Source of the DNA: Thermoproteaceae archaeon
GTDB taxonomy: Archaea; Thermoproteota; Thermoprotei; Thermoproteales; Thermoproteaceae
Assembly (NCBI GenBank): GCA_020833025.1
Contig: JAJHRB010000023.1
Span: forward strand, 1 to 20,260
DNA length: 20,260 nucleotides
Reading direction: 5' to 3'
Of this stretch, positions 1-9,345 are shown piece by piece (position 1 is the first letter of the stretch; every line of letters starts with the position of its first letter). The notes beneath the pieces were generated by a model, which was not told the DNA's origin, did no database searches, and saw nothing but the letters and a program-made list of their open reading frames with translations. The position numbers and the translations under genes were made by a program.

Positions 1-1
1 T

Positions 2-478
2 GAAACACCTCCTTTCATCGACATAGCCCTTGGGAGCATATGCCCTATTTTCAATGATCTGAGCAAATGACAGCAAATTATTTTCGCCCATAACGGGTAT
101 CAACCTAACACTAACCCAGGGCGTGTTCCTAAGCGCTTCCACAACCTTAGATATGAAATTACGGTCAAGAATTACGTAGTCAGCGTCAATGAATAACACA
201 TAATCGCCTCTAGCATTGGCAAAACCAATGTTCTTCGCATTAGCAGGGCTTCTACATTCACCATACTCAGGTAACACTCTGACCACGAACTCCTCATTGC
301 TATACTTTTCAGCGAATTTTCTAATTATCTCAAGCGTATTGTCTCTAGAGCCACCATTTACAATTATAACCTCGATAGGCCTATAATCCTGACTAAAAAT
401 ACTCCTCAACAACCTCTCGATATTTTCCTCCTCGTTAAGTGTAGGAATTATTACGGACACTAACTCTTCGGCACGCAT
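2..478 (-). CDS. GT2 family glycosyltransferase, N-terminal part; runs off the left window edge and is absent from the ORF track
   Basis: Manual translation from ATG at 478: MRAEELVSVIIPTLNEEENIERLLRSIFSQDYRPIEVIIVNGGSRDNTLEII...RSPANAKNIGFANARGDYVLFIDADYVIL... It has the GT-A N-terminal motif (IIPTLNE) and the DxD motif (DAD), and stays open to base 2. Confidence 0.92.
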   Translation of the reverse strand, partial: MRAEELVSVIIPTLNEEENIERLLRSIFSQDYRPIEVIIVNGGSRDNTLEIIRKFAEKYSNEEFVVRVLPEYGECRSPANAKNIGFANARGDYVLFIDADYVILDRNFISKVVEALRNTPWVSVRLIPVMGENNLLSFAQIIENRAYAPKGYVDERRCF

Positions 479-1282
479 ATGAAGTATTCACCTGACTCGT
501 CCTCGGGAATGTTGCGGCACGCGTAACTAACCTCCTCGAAGAATCTTAATACGTCCTCTCTGTTAAATTTCTTGACCTCAATTACGATTTTGGGCTTGAA
601 TCTTAATATGCCGTTCTTGAACCCGCGCAACACGTGGAGCTCGGCGCCCTCGACGTCTATTTTAACCCAGGTCTACGCGCCTGAGACCGAGCTCCTCAAT
701 CACATCATCGAGAGGCCTCGCGCGGACCTCCTCCTCGCCGATTAGGCGTCCAGCGCCGAGACCCTCGATTATGCTTGACGTGCCCGTAACTGAATACACC
801 CTCAGGCGTAGTCTTGCCGTGTCATCCCATGCGGCAACCCTGAGGGGTGTGACATTTCTTGTTCTGTTTTTTCTAATGCCGTCAACTAGGGCGCTGAATT
901 GCAGGCTGCCGGGCTCTATCGCCACGACAAGGCTTGCCGGATTTCTCTTCGCCACTCTCAGCGCGTACTTGCCGACGTGAGCTCCCACGTCAACGAAGAC
1001 GTCGCCGTTTCTCACGCACAAGTACTTGTCCATCCAGGGCTCGAGGTATGCTAATATGCCAAGCGTGTCATAGCTTACGAGCCTGTATTTAACGCCATTC
1101 ACATTCACGAACACTCTAAGCGCGGCGAGATCCGCCTTGAAGATATGAAAGCCTAAGTAAACTAATAGCAGTACGACTTTGCTGAAAACGCTCACTTTGG
1201 GCGCCTTAATTATCATGCGCGCACTGCGGACGATCCAGCGCAGGCCCCTCACAATCCCTCCGGCAACTCCCGGAAATGGCAT
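460..1282 (-). pseudogene. FkbM-family SAM-dependent methyltransferase interrupted by a +1 frameshift at about 666-671 (real lesion or sequence error)
   Basis: The 5' frame has VFVDVGAHVGKY (motif I), VVAIEP, VAAWD and RPLDDVIEE..VDL, then stops at TAA 662-664. The canonical FkbM tail VKIDVEGAELHVLRGFKNGILRFKPKIVIEV...FICVPKS* continues in the adjacent frame from 666 to TAG 460-462. Start is placed at ATG 1282, just past the upstream stop; 1312 is an alternative. Confidence 0.88.
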
Positions 1283-1286
1283 TACT

Positions 1287-2309
1287 CTAATGGCCTCTCC
1301 TGAATTGCCCATAAAACCGGCCCAGAATCACGCGCAGGTCAACCGCCGGGTCAAGATATCCAGGCGGCGTCTTGAGAGGCATGAAGGATGCTTTTTTCAG
1401 CGCGCTGGGCACTCTGCGGAATCCGTTGATCACGCCCGACAGAATTGCCTTGACGCCCCTCCCGTCTCCTCGGCGGAGCCTCCAGTGAAGCACCCTCAGC
1501 ACTTCGAGTAGTAGCACCGGCGTGAGCGCTGTGGCACTCGCGAGGCTGCGATTTTTGTAAAACATGTATATGAGGTTTCGAGTGTTGTAGTAATGCTTGG
1601 CGGGATTCTCTCTTCCCCACGTCGCACTGCCGTAATGCACGACATGGGCCCTCGTGGATATGCACGTGGCGTAGCCGCGCTTATGAAGCCTCCAGCAGAA
1701 GTCCACGTCGTCATAACCCCAGAACATGTCGCCGTCAAACATTCCCGCCTCAAGAAAGGCATCTCTGTCAACCATAAGGGCAGCCCCGGACACGACGGGG
1801 ACTTCGATAAGTGGCGATGAGGTGCGCAGCTCCTCGCGCCTCACAGGCTCCACGTATCCAGTCAGCCCCACCTTGAATCCCACCTCCCTGTGGCCGTCTA
1901 AGTGCACGATGACGGGCTGGACGGCCTTGCAGGAGCCCCTCAGTCCCTCCGCCAGGTGGCGGACGGAGTCTTCGCTCAAAATCACGTCATCGTTCATAAA
2001 CAGGAGGCATCTCGTCTGCGGGAACGCCTTTAGCGCGGTTACTGCGCCGACATTGTAGGCATACGGCAGGCCCCTGTTCTGGGCTAGCCTCACGATGAGG
2101 TAGCGCCGGCCCGAGACCCTCATGGCCCTCTCAACGTAGCTGGCAGTGCCATCCTCGGAGGCATTATCCACAAATATTACAGCATAATTATCATAGTCAA
2201 GCCTGGCTAAGCTGTCAATAACTCTGTCGAAAAATCTGCAGAGCTTGCTGACGCTATTGTAAGTGACCACCACGATGCTGACAAAATCGCCGCCGGCTTG
2301 CGCCCTCAC
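1287..2309 (-). CDS. GT2 glycosyltransferase, RfbF/WbbL (rhamnosyltransferase)-like subgroup
   Basis: VSIVVVTYNS, VIFVDNASEDGT, NRGLPYAYNVG, LLFMNDDV, VSGAALMV, FWGYDDVDFCWRL..G and HVVHYGS match this GT2 subgroup. Sugar specificity is not established. Confidence 0.9.
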   Translation of the reverse strand: MRAQAGGDFVSIVVVTYNSVSKLCRFFDRVIDSLARLDYDNYAVIFVDNASEDGTASYVERAMRVSGRRYLIVRLAQNRGLPYAYNVGAVTALKAFPQTRCLLFMNDDVILSEDSVRHLAEGLRGSCKAVQPVIVHLDGHREVGFKVGLTGYVEPVRREELRTSSPLIEVPVVSGAALMVDRDAFLEAGMFDGDMFWGYDDVDFCWRLHKRGYATCISTRAHVVHYGSATWGRENPAKHYYNTRNLIYMFYKNRSLASATALTPVLLLEVLRVLHWRLRRGDGRGVKAILSGVINGFRRVPSALKKASFMPLKTPPGYLDPAVDLRVILGRFYGQFRRGH

Positions 2310-2314
2310 GGCGC

Positions 2315-3331
2315 CTAGCGTCCCGCTCTCGCGCCTCCGCGCTTAATCAAACCCATGAGAAATCCCGCGTCGAAGGAGAGCCTTCCGACGGTCTCCCTGA
2401 AGAGGTACCACGCCAGCCTCCCGAGAACGCTCCGGCCGGCGCCTAAGTACCTTACATCCCTCCTCAGCCACCGCAGGTATATGAGAGCCAGCGCGAGGAG
2501 CAGAAATGCAGATGAGGGCGGGCCCAGCGCTGGCGCCGTGACTATCGCGAGGGCCGTCAGCCCGAGAACGGCATTAGACCTTACAAGCGTGGCCAGCGCA
2601 TTTACCCCTGCGAGCCTGTAGTACCTGATTGCCGTCCTGCCGTACCACAGCTGCTGCCTCACGAACTCGCGCGTGCTGTGAGGGTAGCAACGCCTGATGC
2701 TCGTGTCGACCACTGTGGTGATGAGCCTCGCGCGCTTGCCGAGCCTGTCCAAGAACTCAAAATCCTCCCTGAAGCCCAGCTCCGGGTTGAACATTTCGCT
2801 TAGGAAGAGCTCCCTCCTAAACGCACATATCACGTGCACCGGCTTGTCTCCCCCGAAATAATGAACGACGTCGTCAAGGGCCAGGTTCCTCTCGATCCAC
2901 GTGTGTGCGTTTGGCACGTACTTGGCGGCCACGTGATTTGCCCCCTCCCTAAATGCCTTGGCTATCTTACACACAGCCTCAGGGTCGTCATTAAAGTCAA
3001 AGTCTGCATCGAAGAACGCCAAGTACTCGCCGCTTGCGTTCAGCGCGCCAATATTCCTGGCGTTGGCCGGAGATCTAACAGGCCCGAAGTCGCTCTCTCT
3101 GAGCAGTCTGACCCTGAAGTCATCGCGGTAGAACTCTCTAGCGAGGTTCGCCACCTCTTCAGCGGTGCCGTCAGTCGAGCCGCCGTCGACGAAAATAACC
3201 TCTACGGGCCTGTAAGCCTGCCTGTGCAGCCCCTCTACAACGGCCCTGACTCTGTACCTTTCATTCTTTACTGGTATGACAATCGATATTAAGTTGCCGG
3301 AGGGACTGGCTTTACTTGAAGAGCCTCTCAT
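2315..3331 (-). CDS. GT2 glycosyltransferase with C-terminal membrane segments
   Basis: ISIVIPVKNE, VIFVDGGSTDGT, ANARNIG, FFDADF, FREDFEF and QQLWYG, plus hydrophobic C-terminal helices. Start is uncertain (ATG 3331 or 3373). Confidence 0.9.
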   Translation of the reverse strand: MRGSSSKASPSGNLISIVIPVKNERYRVRAVVEGLHRQAYRPVEVIFVDGGSTDGTAEEVANLAREFYRDDFRVRLLRESDFGPVRSPANARNIGALNASGEYLAFFDADFDFNDDPEAVCKIAKAFREGANHVAAKYVPNAHTWIERNLALDDVVHYFGGDKPVHVICAFRRELFLSEMFNPELGFREDFEFLDRLGKRARLITTVVDTSIRRCYPHSTREFVRQQLWYGRTAIRYYRLAGVNALATLVRSNAVLGLTALAIVTAPALGPPSSAFLLLALALIYLRWLRRDVRYLGAGRSVLGRLAWYLFRETVGRLSFDAGFLMGLIKRGGARAGR

Positions 3332-4511
3332 AATAAACTTTAACCACCTTCTCCCAACAGAATCTCTCTGCATTTTTCCTCGCCGCCGCGCTTACTCTAT
3401 AGTACTCCTGCCTACTATTAAGCCACAGCTCTCTCATCTTGATAATCGCGCTTGCAAATGCTTGAGGCGAGTGAGGCCTCACAAGCACGCCCGTCACCCC
3501 GTCAATTACGGTTTGCCTAAACGCGGGCAGGTCCGTGGCTATTACCGGCGTTCCTGACGCTTGCGCCTCAAGGCTCACGAGCACGAAGGCCTCGTCGCGG
3601 CTTGGGAAAACCGCGACGTGAGACTCGGCATAGAGTCTGACCAGCTCGTCGTCCGGCACAAAGCCGAGGTACTCCACGATGCCCTCCTCGCGCGCCCTGC
3701 TAGCGATCACCTCCAGCGGTCCCCCCGCGCTGGCCGCTAAGAACTTAACATCGCCGTGTCTGCCTCTCACAATTCTGGCCGTCTCTACGAATGTGTCAAA
3801 GCCCTTATCCTCGCTCAACGCGCCAACGAAAAGCGCGTAGAACGCGTCGGCGCGTTTAGCACCGGGCTTGAATTTATTGCAATCAACGCCATTTGGGATC
3901 CATAAAACAGGAACATTGTTCAGGATTTGCCTTAGCATTAGAGCATCAACTATGTTAACAACATGAACGCCTCTAAGGAGGCCGAATTTATGCATCAATT
4001 TAAGGAACGGCTTAGTATATATAAAGCGTCTATAATTGGGCCTTGCATGAAGGCCGATAACGAATCTACGCGCACCCGATATCATACTAATGAAAGCAAT
4101 ATACGTTGCTTGAAGAGCATCGAAGCCTGCCAGATAGACTTTGGCTTGCCTAAGTAATTTATAAATTTTTAAGTCTACTGGCACTACTATACCGCTATAC
4201 TTAATGAAGCGAGCGAGGAAGGCAGGAGCGCCTTTGCCTGCATGCTCATGATCAAGAGCTCTTAGTTCATACCACTCGACGTCGCCCAAACGTCGCCTAA
4301 TCTCGGCGATTCTCACTCCCGGCTCTTTAATGGAATTAAGACCTGCAGAGAACGTGAGTATGACAGAACTACCAAGCCTAGTAGCAACTTCAATCATCCA
4401 GCGTTCAGTACCTCTAAGAGATAGCAGGCTGGCTCTGCTTATGAGGACAAAGCACCTTTCGTAGGCACGTACAGCCGGCTCTTTATGTGCTCCCTTAAAT
4501 ACTATTAACAT
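3312..4511 (-). CDS. GT4 (GT-B) glycosyltransferase
   Basis: GTERWMIEVA, WIPNGVD, LFVGALSEDKGFDTF, YLGFVPDDEL and PSRDEAFVLVSLEAQASGTPVIATD (intact E-x7-E). Confidence 0.93.
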   Translation of the reverse strand: MLIVFKGAHKEPAVRAYERCFVLISRASLLSLRGTERWMIEVATRLGSSVILTFSAGLNSIKEPGVRIAEIRRRLGDVEWYELRALDHEHAGKGAPAFLARFIKYSGIVVPVDLKIYKLLRQAKVYLAGFDALQATYIAFISMISGARRFVIGLHARPNYRRFIYTKPFLKLMHKFGLLRGVHVVNIVDALMLRQILNNVPVLWIPNGVDCNKFKPGAKRADAFYALFVGALSEDKGFDTFVETARIVRGRHGDVKFLAASAGGPLEVIASRAREEGIVEYLGFVPDDELVRLYAESHVAVFPSRDEAFVLVSLEAQASGTPVIATDLPAFRQTVIDGVTGVLVRPHSPQAFASAIIKMRELWLNSRQEYYRVSAAARKNAERFCWEKVVKVYYERLFK

Positions 4512-5419
4512 CGATATAGCGCCCTTCTTCTCAACCTCTCAACTAATAGCTTGATGAGGCCTTGAAGTTTTTTCTCTCTAACATAACTTATGAATCCGTA
4601 AGTAATCCATTTCAGCCTCCTGGCGTCATTCCTTAACACGATTTTTCCGTCTCTCACGCCGATGAATGCCATGAGAAGCCATTTAAACAATTCATGTAAT
4701 GATTTATTTAATATAAAATGTCTAAAGTTATTTCTTGCACTGATCTGTAGAAGAATATCACGAGGGACTTTCTTGAAAGTCGCCATACGCGCATGGTGAA
4801 TCCTTATTTGGGGTACGTATACTACCTTAAGATTGCAGCGTCTGACTCTATAGCAGAAATCCACATTCTCGGCATATCCTATCACATAATCGTGGTCTAA
4901 AATTCCCACTTTACGAAAAACTACAGCCCTTACCATCGCCGCTGCAAAGACTACCTCATTTACCTCCCATGGCTTTGTCTTGTCATAATACTGCTGCGAC
5001 GCACCATTAGGCAGTATTAAATTAAAGCCCAGGATCCCTATGTCCTTGTTCTTTTCCATAATTCTTACAGCCAAGTACAGCCAGCGAGAATCTAAGATCT
5101 CCGTATCGTTGTTGAGTAATACTATGTATTCAGCATTATGCCTCAGCGCATATATTATACCGAAATTATTAGCTCTAGCATAGCCAAGATTTTTAGGCAG
5201 AGCTATAACTTCAACCTCCGGGAATTCCCTCTTGACAGTCTCCACGGAGCCGTCCCTTGAGCCGTTGTCCACAACCAAGGCCCTGTAATTACTGTACTGG
5301 GTCTTCCTGAGGCTTAACAAACATTTTCTCAATAGCTCGCGCCCATTGTGATTAACTATAATTATATACACCAATGGCTCCTTAGAGTGCGATGAACGAT
5401 TATAGTTGTTACCAGTCAC
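4505..5419 (-). CDS. GT2 glycosyltransferase, RfbF/WbbL-like; AT-rich gene
   Basis: VYIIIVNHNG, LVVDNGSRDGS, NLGYARANNFG, VLLNNDT and YAENVDFCYRV..KVVYVP..IHH. The true start could be slightly downstream of GTG 5419. Confidence 0.92.
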   Translation of the reverse strand: MTGNNYNRSSHSKEPLVYIIIVNHNGRELLRKCLLSLRKTQYSNYRALVVDNGSRDGSVETVKREFPEVEVIALPKNLGYARANNFGIIYALRHNAEYIVLLNNDTEILDSRWLYLAVRIMEKNKDIGILGFNLILPNGASQQYYDKTKPWEVNEVVFAAAMVRAVVFRKVGILDHDYVIGYAENVDFCYRVRRCNLKVVYVPQIRIHHARMATFKKVPRDILLQISARNNFRHFILNKSLHELFKWLLMAFIGVRDGKIVLRNDARRLKWITYGFISYVREKKLQGLIKLLVERLRRRALYRC

Positions 5420-6332
5420 TTGTTACTCCCGTTATAAATCCCTTGATAGAGCCCGCTATACCGTGGGGTACGGCCAGTGGATTTCTGGCTCTGACCCCCC
5501 AGACTGCCGCCTCTACAGCTCTGTATATCGCATGACTGATCACATTGACGGCTCCTAGGACGCCTCTGTTCTTCGCCATGAAGTACACCTCGGTCTCATA
5601 GGCGCCCATGAGCATTGACGGTTTTCTGGCGTATCTAGCGGCGCCTTTCGTCACTTGCATTGTCAGGTGATATGAGATTGCCTTCGTCGTCTGCACTATT
5701 CTGTAGCCCGCCTTTCGGATTCTCAGCGCCAAGTCGAAGTCCTCGCCGAGTATCGGCTCCCTAACCCTCATGTCGTAGAGCCCAGCCCTAAGTAATGCCT
5801 CCCTCTTGCACGCGACGCTCATAGTGAACACAGGCACCTCGATCAGGTGATCGTTTATTCTCCTGGCCATTCTCAGCAACGCCGACTCATGTATTGCAAG
5901 CCGGCCGAGCGCTCTGGCCAGCCAGCCCATTAAACCGCCCCTAGACCTCGCGCCCTCCCTGAAGACCCATATGCAGTTCGTGTATACGCAGCCAGCCTCG
6001 GGGCACTCCTTAAATGCATTTAACACCTCCTCTATGAAATTTGGCGTCAGGTATAGATCGTCCTCGAGGAGGAATATCACGTCTCCGCGCGAGCTCAATA
6101 TTGCCTTGTTTGCTGTCCAGCACTTGTTCCAGTAGCCCGTCTCAATAACCCTGATGGCCACGCCTCTCAGGTGCTCGCCGGCAATTCTCGCGAGCTCTCC
6201 GCCTGCGGTCTCCGTCGCTATGATGACCTCGTCCGGCATGACAGTCTGCCGGCTCAGCGACCTGATCAGAGCTCTGATCAGTAGGTGCCTGTCCCTGGTG
6301 CCGCTCGTCAGTATGAGCGCCGTGATCCTCAC
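5409..6332 (-). CDS. GT2-like glycosyltransferase with atypical N-terminal motifs
   Basis: SLSRQT..PDEVII, NKAILSSRGDVIFLLEDDLY, GLYD..ILGEDFDLALRIRKAGYRI and YH motifs. The GTG start overlaps the upstream TGA (GTGA, 6329-6332). Confidence 0.85.
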   Translation of the reverse strand: MRITALILTSGTRDRHLLIRALIRSLSRQTVMPDEVIIATETAGGELARIAGEHLRGVAIRVIETGYWNKCWTANKAILSSRGDVIFLLEDDLYLTPNFIEEVLNAFKECPEAGCVYTNCIWVFREGARSRGGLMGWLARALGRLAIHESALLRMARRINDHLIEVPVFTMSVACKREALLRAGLYDMRVREPILGEDFDLALRIRKAGYRIVQTTKAISYHLTMQVTKGAARYARKPSMLMGAYETEVYFMAKNRGVLGAVNVISHAIYRAVEAAVWGVRARNPLAVPHGIAGSIKGFITGVTSDW

Positions 6333-7537
6333 GCGCCCCTCACGGCATTGTTGAAGTCCCTCACGAAGCTCTCCCAGGAGTAGTACCTGCCGGCGAGCTC
6401 CCTAATAACCCAGGGCTTATACTGATTTCTGCTCTCGACAACATGTATCAATACATTCGTGAACTCTTTAAGCGCGTCCTCGTTGTCGACGTATTTCGTC
6501 GCGACTCCTACGTCCTTAATGCGGTCTGGCTCCGGGAACTCCCTCAGCGTCGGGCTGACGACCGGAACCCCCGCGGCCATGGCCTCCATCACCGCAACGC
6601 CAATGCCGCCGTAGGAGTAGCCCGAGGTTGCCGGCAGGAAGTACACGTCGGATGCCGCAACGAGCCTCACGTAGTCCCTATGCGGGAGTAGCCTGTACGC
6701 CAGCACGCCGGCCCTCCTCAGCGCAGAGAGGTAAGGCTCGCCGATTCCTGCCGCCACCATGGCAACTCTGCCCTTGAGACTGCGCCTCAACTCGCGCCAT
6801 ATTTTGAGCAAGTAGTGCGCGCCCTTGATGCTGCCCACCTCCTCGCCGAAGACCCCCACATAAGTCACCAGCACGACCGCGTCCTCGGGGATGCCGGCGG
6901 CCCTCCTAACGGCAGTCTTCTCCTCTGCGCTCATCGGCCTTATCTCGTTGAAGTCCACGGCCATCGTCCTGACGACAACCCTCGCGTCAACGCCTAAAAC
7001 GCTCTCAAGATAGTGCTTCTCGCGCGTGTTGAGCACGAAGAAAACACCCCTGACCTTTCTCAAGTAAGCATCCCTCCTCAGCTTGCTGAGCTCCTTGATG
7101 AAATCCAGCGGGCTCCTCAAACTGAGACCTCGGGGCGGGAGAGAGCCGTGGTGCTGGAGCACCACCGGGTAGTCAATTATCCTCCTGATAACGAGCTCCG
7201 AGTTCAGGGCCCTGTACTCATGTACGTAGGGGATGAAACCGCGCTTGACCGCGCCCTCGACGAGCTCCGCCAGCGCCGTTGACACGTAGCCCCACCTCCA
7301 GACACTCCTGGCCGGCGACAGATTCGCCGAGGGTGCCAGCACGACGATAACGCCGTTAACTGTCCTGACAACTGCCTCGCGGCCCGTGCCGGGCCTGGCC
7401 GCGACGGCCTCGTAGCCGCCGTACTTCGCGAGAGCTCTCGCGGTTCTGAAGTGCCAGCCCATGCCGTCCTCCTCGGCAAGCCTGCCGGCCGCGAGCGGCG
7501 GCAGCGGGTGGTGGAGCACGCTCACAACCCTAGGCAT
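6329..7537 (-). CDS. GT4 (GT-B) glycosyltransferase
   Basis: LQHHG, RTMAVDFN, SIKGAHYLL and SDVYFLPA..GGIGVAVMEAMAAGVPVV; C-terminal YYSWE. The ORF-track start at 7735 lies inside the deacetylase gene, so ATG 7537 (MPRVVSVLHH) or the in-frame GTG at 7525 is more likely. Confidence 0.88.
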   Translation of the reverse strand: MPRVVSVLHHPLPPLAAGRLAEEDGMGWHFRTARALAKYGGYEAVAARPGTGREAVVRTVNGVIVVLAPSANLSPARSVWRWGYVSTALAELVEGAVKRGFIPYVHEYRALNSELVIRRIIDYPVVLQHHGSLPPRGLSLRSPLDFIKELSKLRRDAYLRKVRGVFFVLNTREKHYLESVLGVDARVVVRTMAVDFNEIRPMSAEEKTAVRRAAGIPEDAVVLVTYVGVFGEEVGSIKGAHYLLKIWRELRRSLKGRVAMVAAGIGEPYLSALRRAGVLAYRLLPHRDYVRLVAASDVYFLPATSGYSYGGIGVAVMEAMAAGVPVVSPTLREFPEPDRIKDVGVATKYVDNEDALKEFTNVLIHVVESRNQYKPWVIRELAGRYYSWESFVRDFNNAVRGA

Positions 7538-8133
7538 TTCAGCCCCTCGCGGAGGGTCACGAACCTCGCGCCCAAAGCCCTCAGGTAATCTATCACCGCT
7601 CTGACGATCCAGAGGGGCTCGTCGTGAAAGACCACCGTGACGAGCCTGACGCCGCCGACGGCCCTGAGGGGCAGCTTTATCAAGTGCCTGGCGCCCATGC
7701 CGCCCAGGGCGTATCTGAGTGCCGCCTCGTTCCACCTGTTGAATGCGCCCATGGTCCTGCCGTACGCGAAGTACTTGCTCGCCGCCTCGATCACGTGCTC
7801 GTTAAACGAGCCGTAAGGGTACGCAACGCCGATGTCGCCGCTGCCGCCCAGCCTCTCGACGGCGCTTCTGCTGAGCTTGAGCTCCCTCTCAATCTCGCTG
7901 GCGCTGAGTCTCGTCAAGTCCCTGTGCGTGTGGGTGTGCGAGCCTATCTCATGCCCCATGTCAACCAGCTCTCTGATCAAGTTCTCCCTTGCTATCATTA
8001 GTTTCTTGCCCATATATTCTTTAAGCCCGGTTATTAGGAAGAAAGTGCCCGGCACGCCCATCTTGTACAGTAGCCTCGCGTGCCTAATTTGCTCCACGTA
8101 GCCGTCGTCAAATGTCAGCGCCGCGCAGAACAC
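7522..8133 (-). CDS. Polysaccharide deacetylase (NodB homology / carbohydrate esterase family 4)
   Basis: ALTFDDGY (motif 1), GHEIGSHTHTH (metal-binding motif 2), AYPYG (motif 3) and VVFHD (motif 5). No signal peptide is evident. Confidence 0.93.
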   Translation of the reverse strand: MFCAALTFDDGYVEQIRHARLLYKMGVPGTFFLITGLKEYMGKKLMIARENLIRELVDMGHEIGSHTHTHRDLTRLSASEIERELKLSRSAVERLGGSGDIGVAYPYGSFNEHVIEAASKYFAYGRTMGAFNRWNEAALRYALGGMGARHLIKLPLRAVGGVRLVTVVFHDEPLWIVRAVIDYLRALGARFVTLREGLKCLGL

Positions 8134-8154
8134 ACCGGAGGCGTGCCAGAATCG

Positions 8155-9345
8155 CTACGCGCGGCGCACGGCGCGGGCATACGCGCTCACGTAACCCCTA
8201 ACCATGGCGCTGACGCTGAGACTCTCCTCGGCGAATTTAGACGCGTTCTGCGAGAGCCTCCGGTACAGGTTTCTGTCAGTCAGCAGTGCGATTAGCGCCT
8301 CGGCGTACTCCCTGGAGTCCATTACATTCACCGTCAAGCCGGCTCCGGGCTCCTCCACGAGCTCCCTCGCATAGCCAGCCTTGTGTGTGACCACAGGCTT
8401 GCCCATGGCGTACGCCTCTGCTATCACCATGCCAAATGACTCATAGAGGCTCGGGTGCGTGAGCAGAGCCGACCTCGCCAGGACCCTCATGGCGCCGCTT
8501 CTGGGCAGGGCCCCGTGAATGACGACGTTTCTCTCAATGCCTAGCCTTGAGGGGAGCCTCCGCACCACGCCGGACAAGGGCCCGTCGCCGACGATGTGGA
8601 GCACGGCGTCTCTCAGCTCGCTCACTACATGTCTGAATGCCTTAATTAGGAACGTGACGCCCTTGTACTCCATCAGCCTGCCCATGAATACCACGGACCT
8701 CTCCTCGACCCCCTCATCTCTCACCACGCGGTCTTTAATAGCCCTGAGCCTCTCAACGTCAACGCCGTTGTAAACGACCAGGGACTTTCTCGCCAGCCTC
8801 TCCCTCAACGCGCCGTCTCTGATTCTCGCCAGCGTGTCCAGCATTACGAATCTCGACACGAAGACAAGAACCCCGATCTCGGGCCTCTTGATAAGCCCCA
8901 CGAGCGCGGACGGCAGCTTGTGGCTGAGCTCGAAGAGAATGCTCCTGAGGGCGTCGCCCGCGCCGAGGGCCCTCCTGATGGCGTCCAGCATTGGCGACCC
9001 CTGCACGGAGACGACGGTAGGCGCCATGCCGGTTATCCACGGGTGGAATGCCGCGAAGGAGCTCACGTCGTGTATCACCTCAGGTCTCTCCTCGGCGAGC
9101 ACCCTCCTGACGCCCCCCATCCTTAGGACATAGTACCACACGTCCCTCGGCGGTACGGGTGGCGACGCGAGGTAGTAGACCCTCACGCCGTCTCTCTCGA
9201 CAATGCGCGTAACCCCCACGCCTCTCGTCACGACGATTACGTCAACTCCGGCTCTAGACAGCCCCCTGGCCAGCTCGTAGCTCAGCGAGCCCACGCCGCC
9301 GCTTGAATACGGCGGGTACTCGGCGGTAAGCAGCGCGACCCTCAC
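8155..9345 (-). CDS. GT4 (GT-B) glycosyltransferase
   Basis: VALLTAEYPPYSSGGVGSLSYELARGL, VVYNGVD, VFMGRLMEYKGV and PSLYESFGMVIAEAYAMGKPVV (intact E-x7-E). GTG start at 9345 overlaps the upstream TGA. Confidence 0.94.
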   Translation of the reverse strand: MRVALLTAEYPPYSSGGVGSLSYELARGLSRAGVDVIVVTRGVGVTRIVERDGVRVYYLASPPVPPRDVWYYVLRMGGVRRVLAEERPEVIHDVSSFAAFHPWITGMAPTVVSVQGSPMLDAIRRALGAGDALRSILFELSHKLPSALVGLIKRPEIGVLVFVSRFVMLDTLARIRDGALRERLARKSLVVYNGVDVERLRAIKDRVVRDEGVEERSVVFMGRLMEYKGVTFLIKAFRHVVSELRDAVLHIVGDGPLSGVVRRLPSRLGIERNVVIHGALPRSGAMRVLARSALLTHPSLYESFGMVIAEAYAMGKPVVTHKAGYARELVEEPGAGLTVNVMDSREYAEALIALLTDRNLYRRLSQNASKFAEESLSVSAMVRGYVSAYARAVRRA

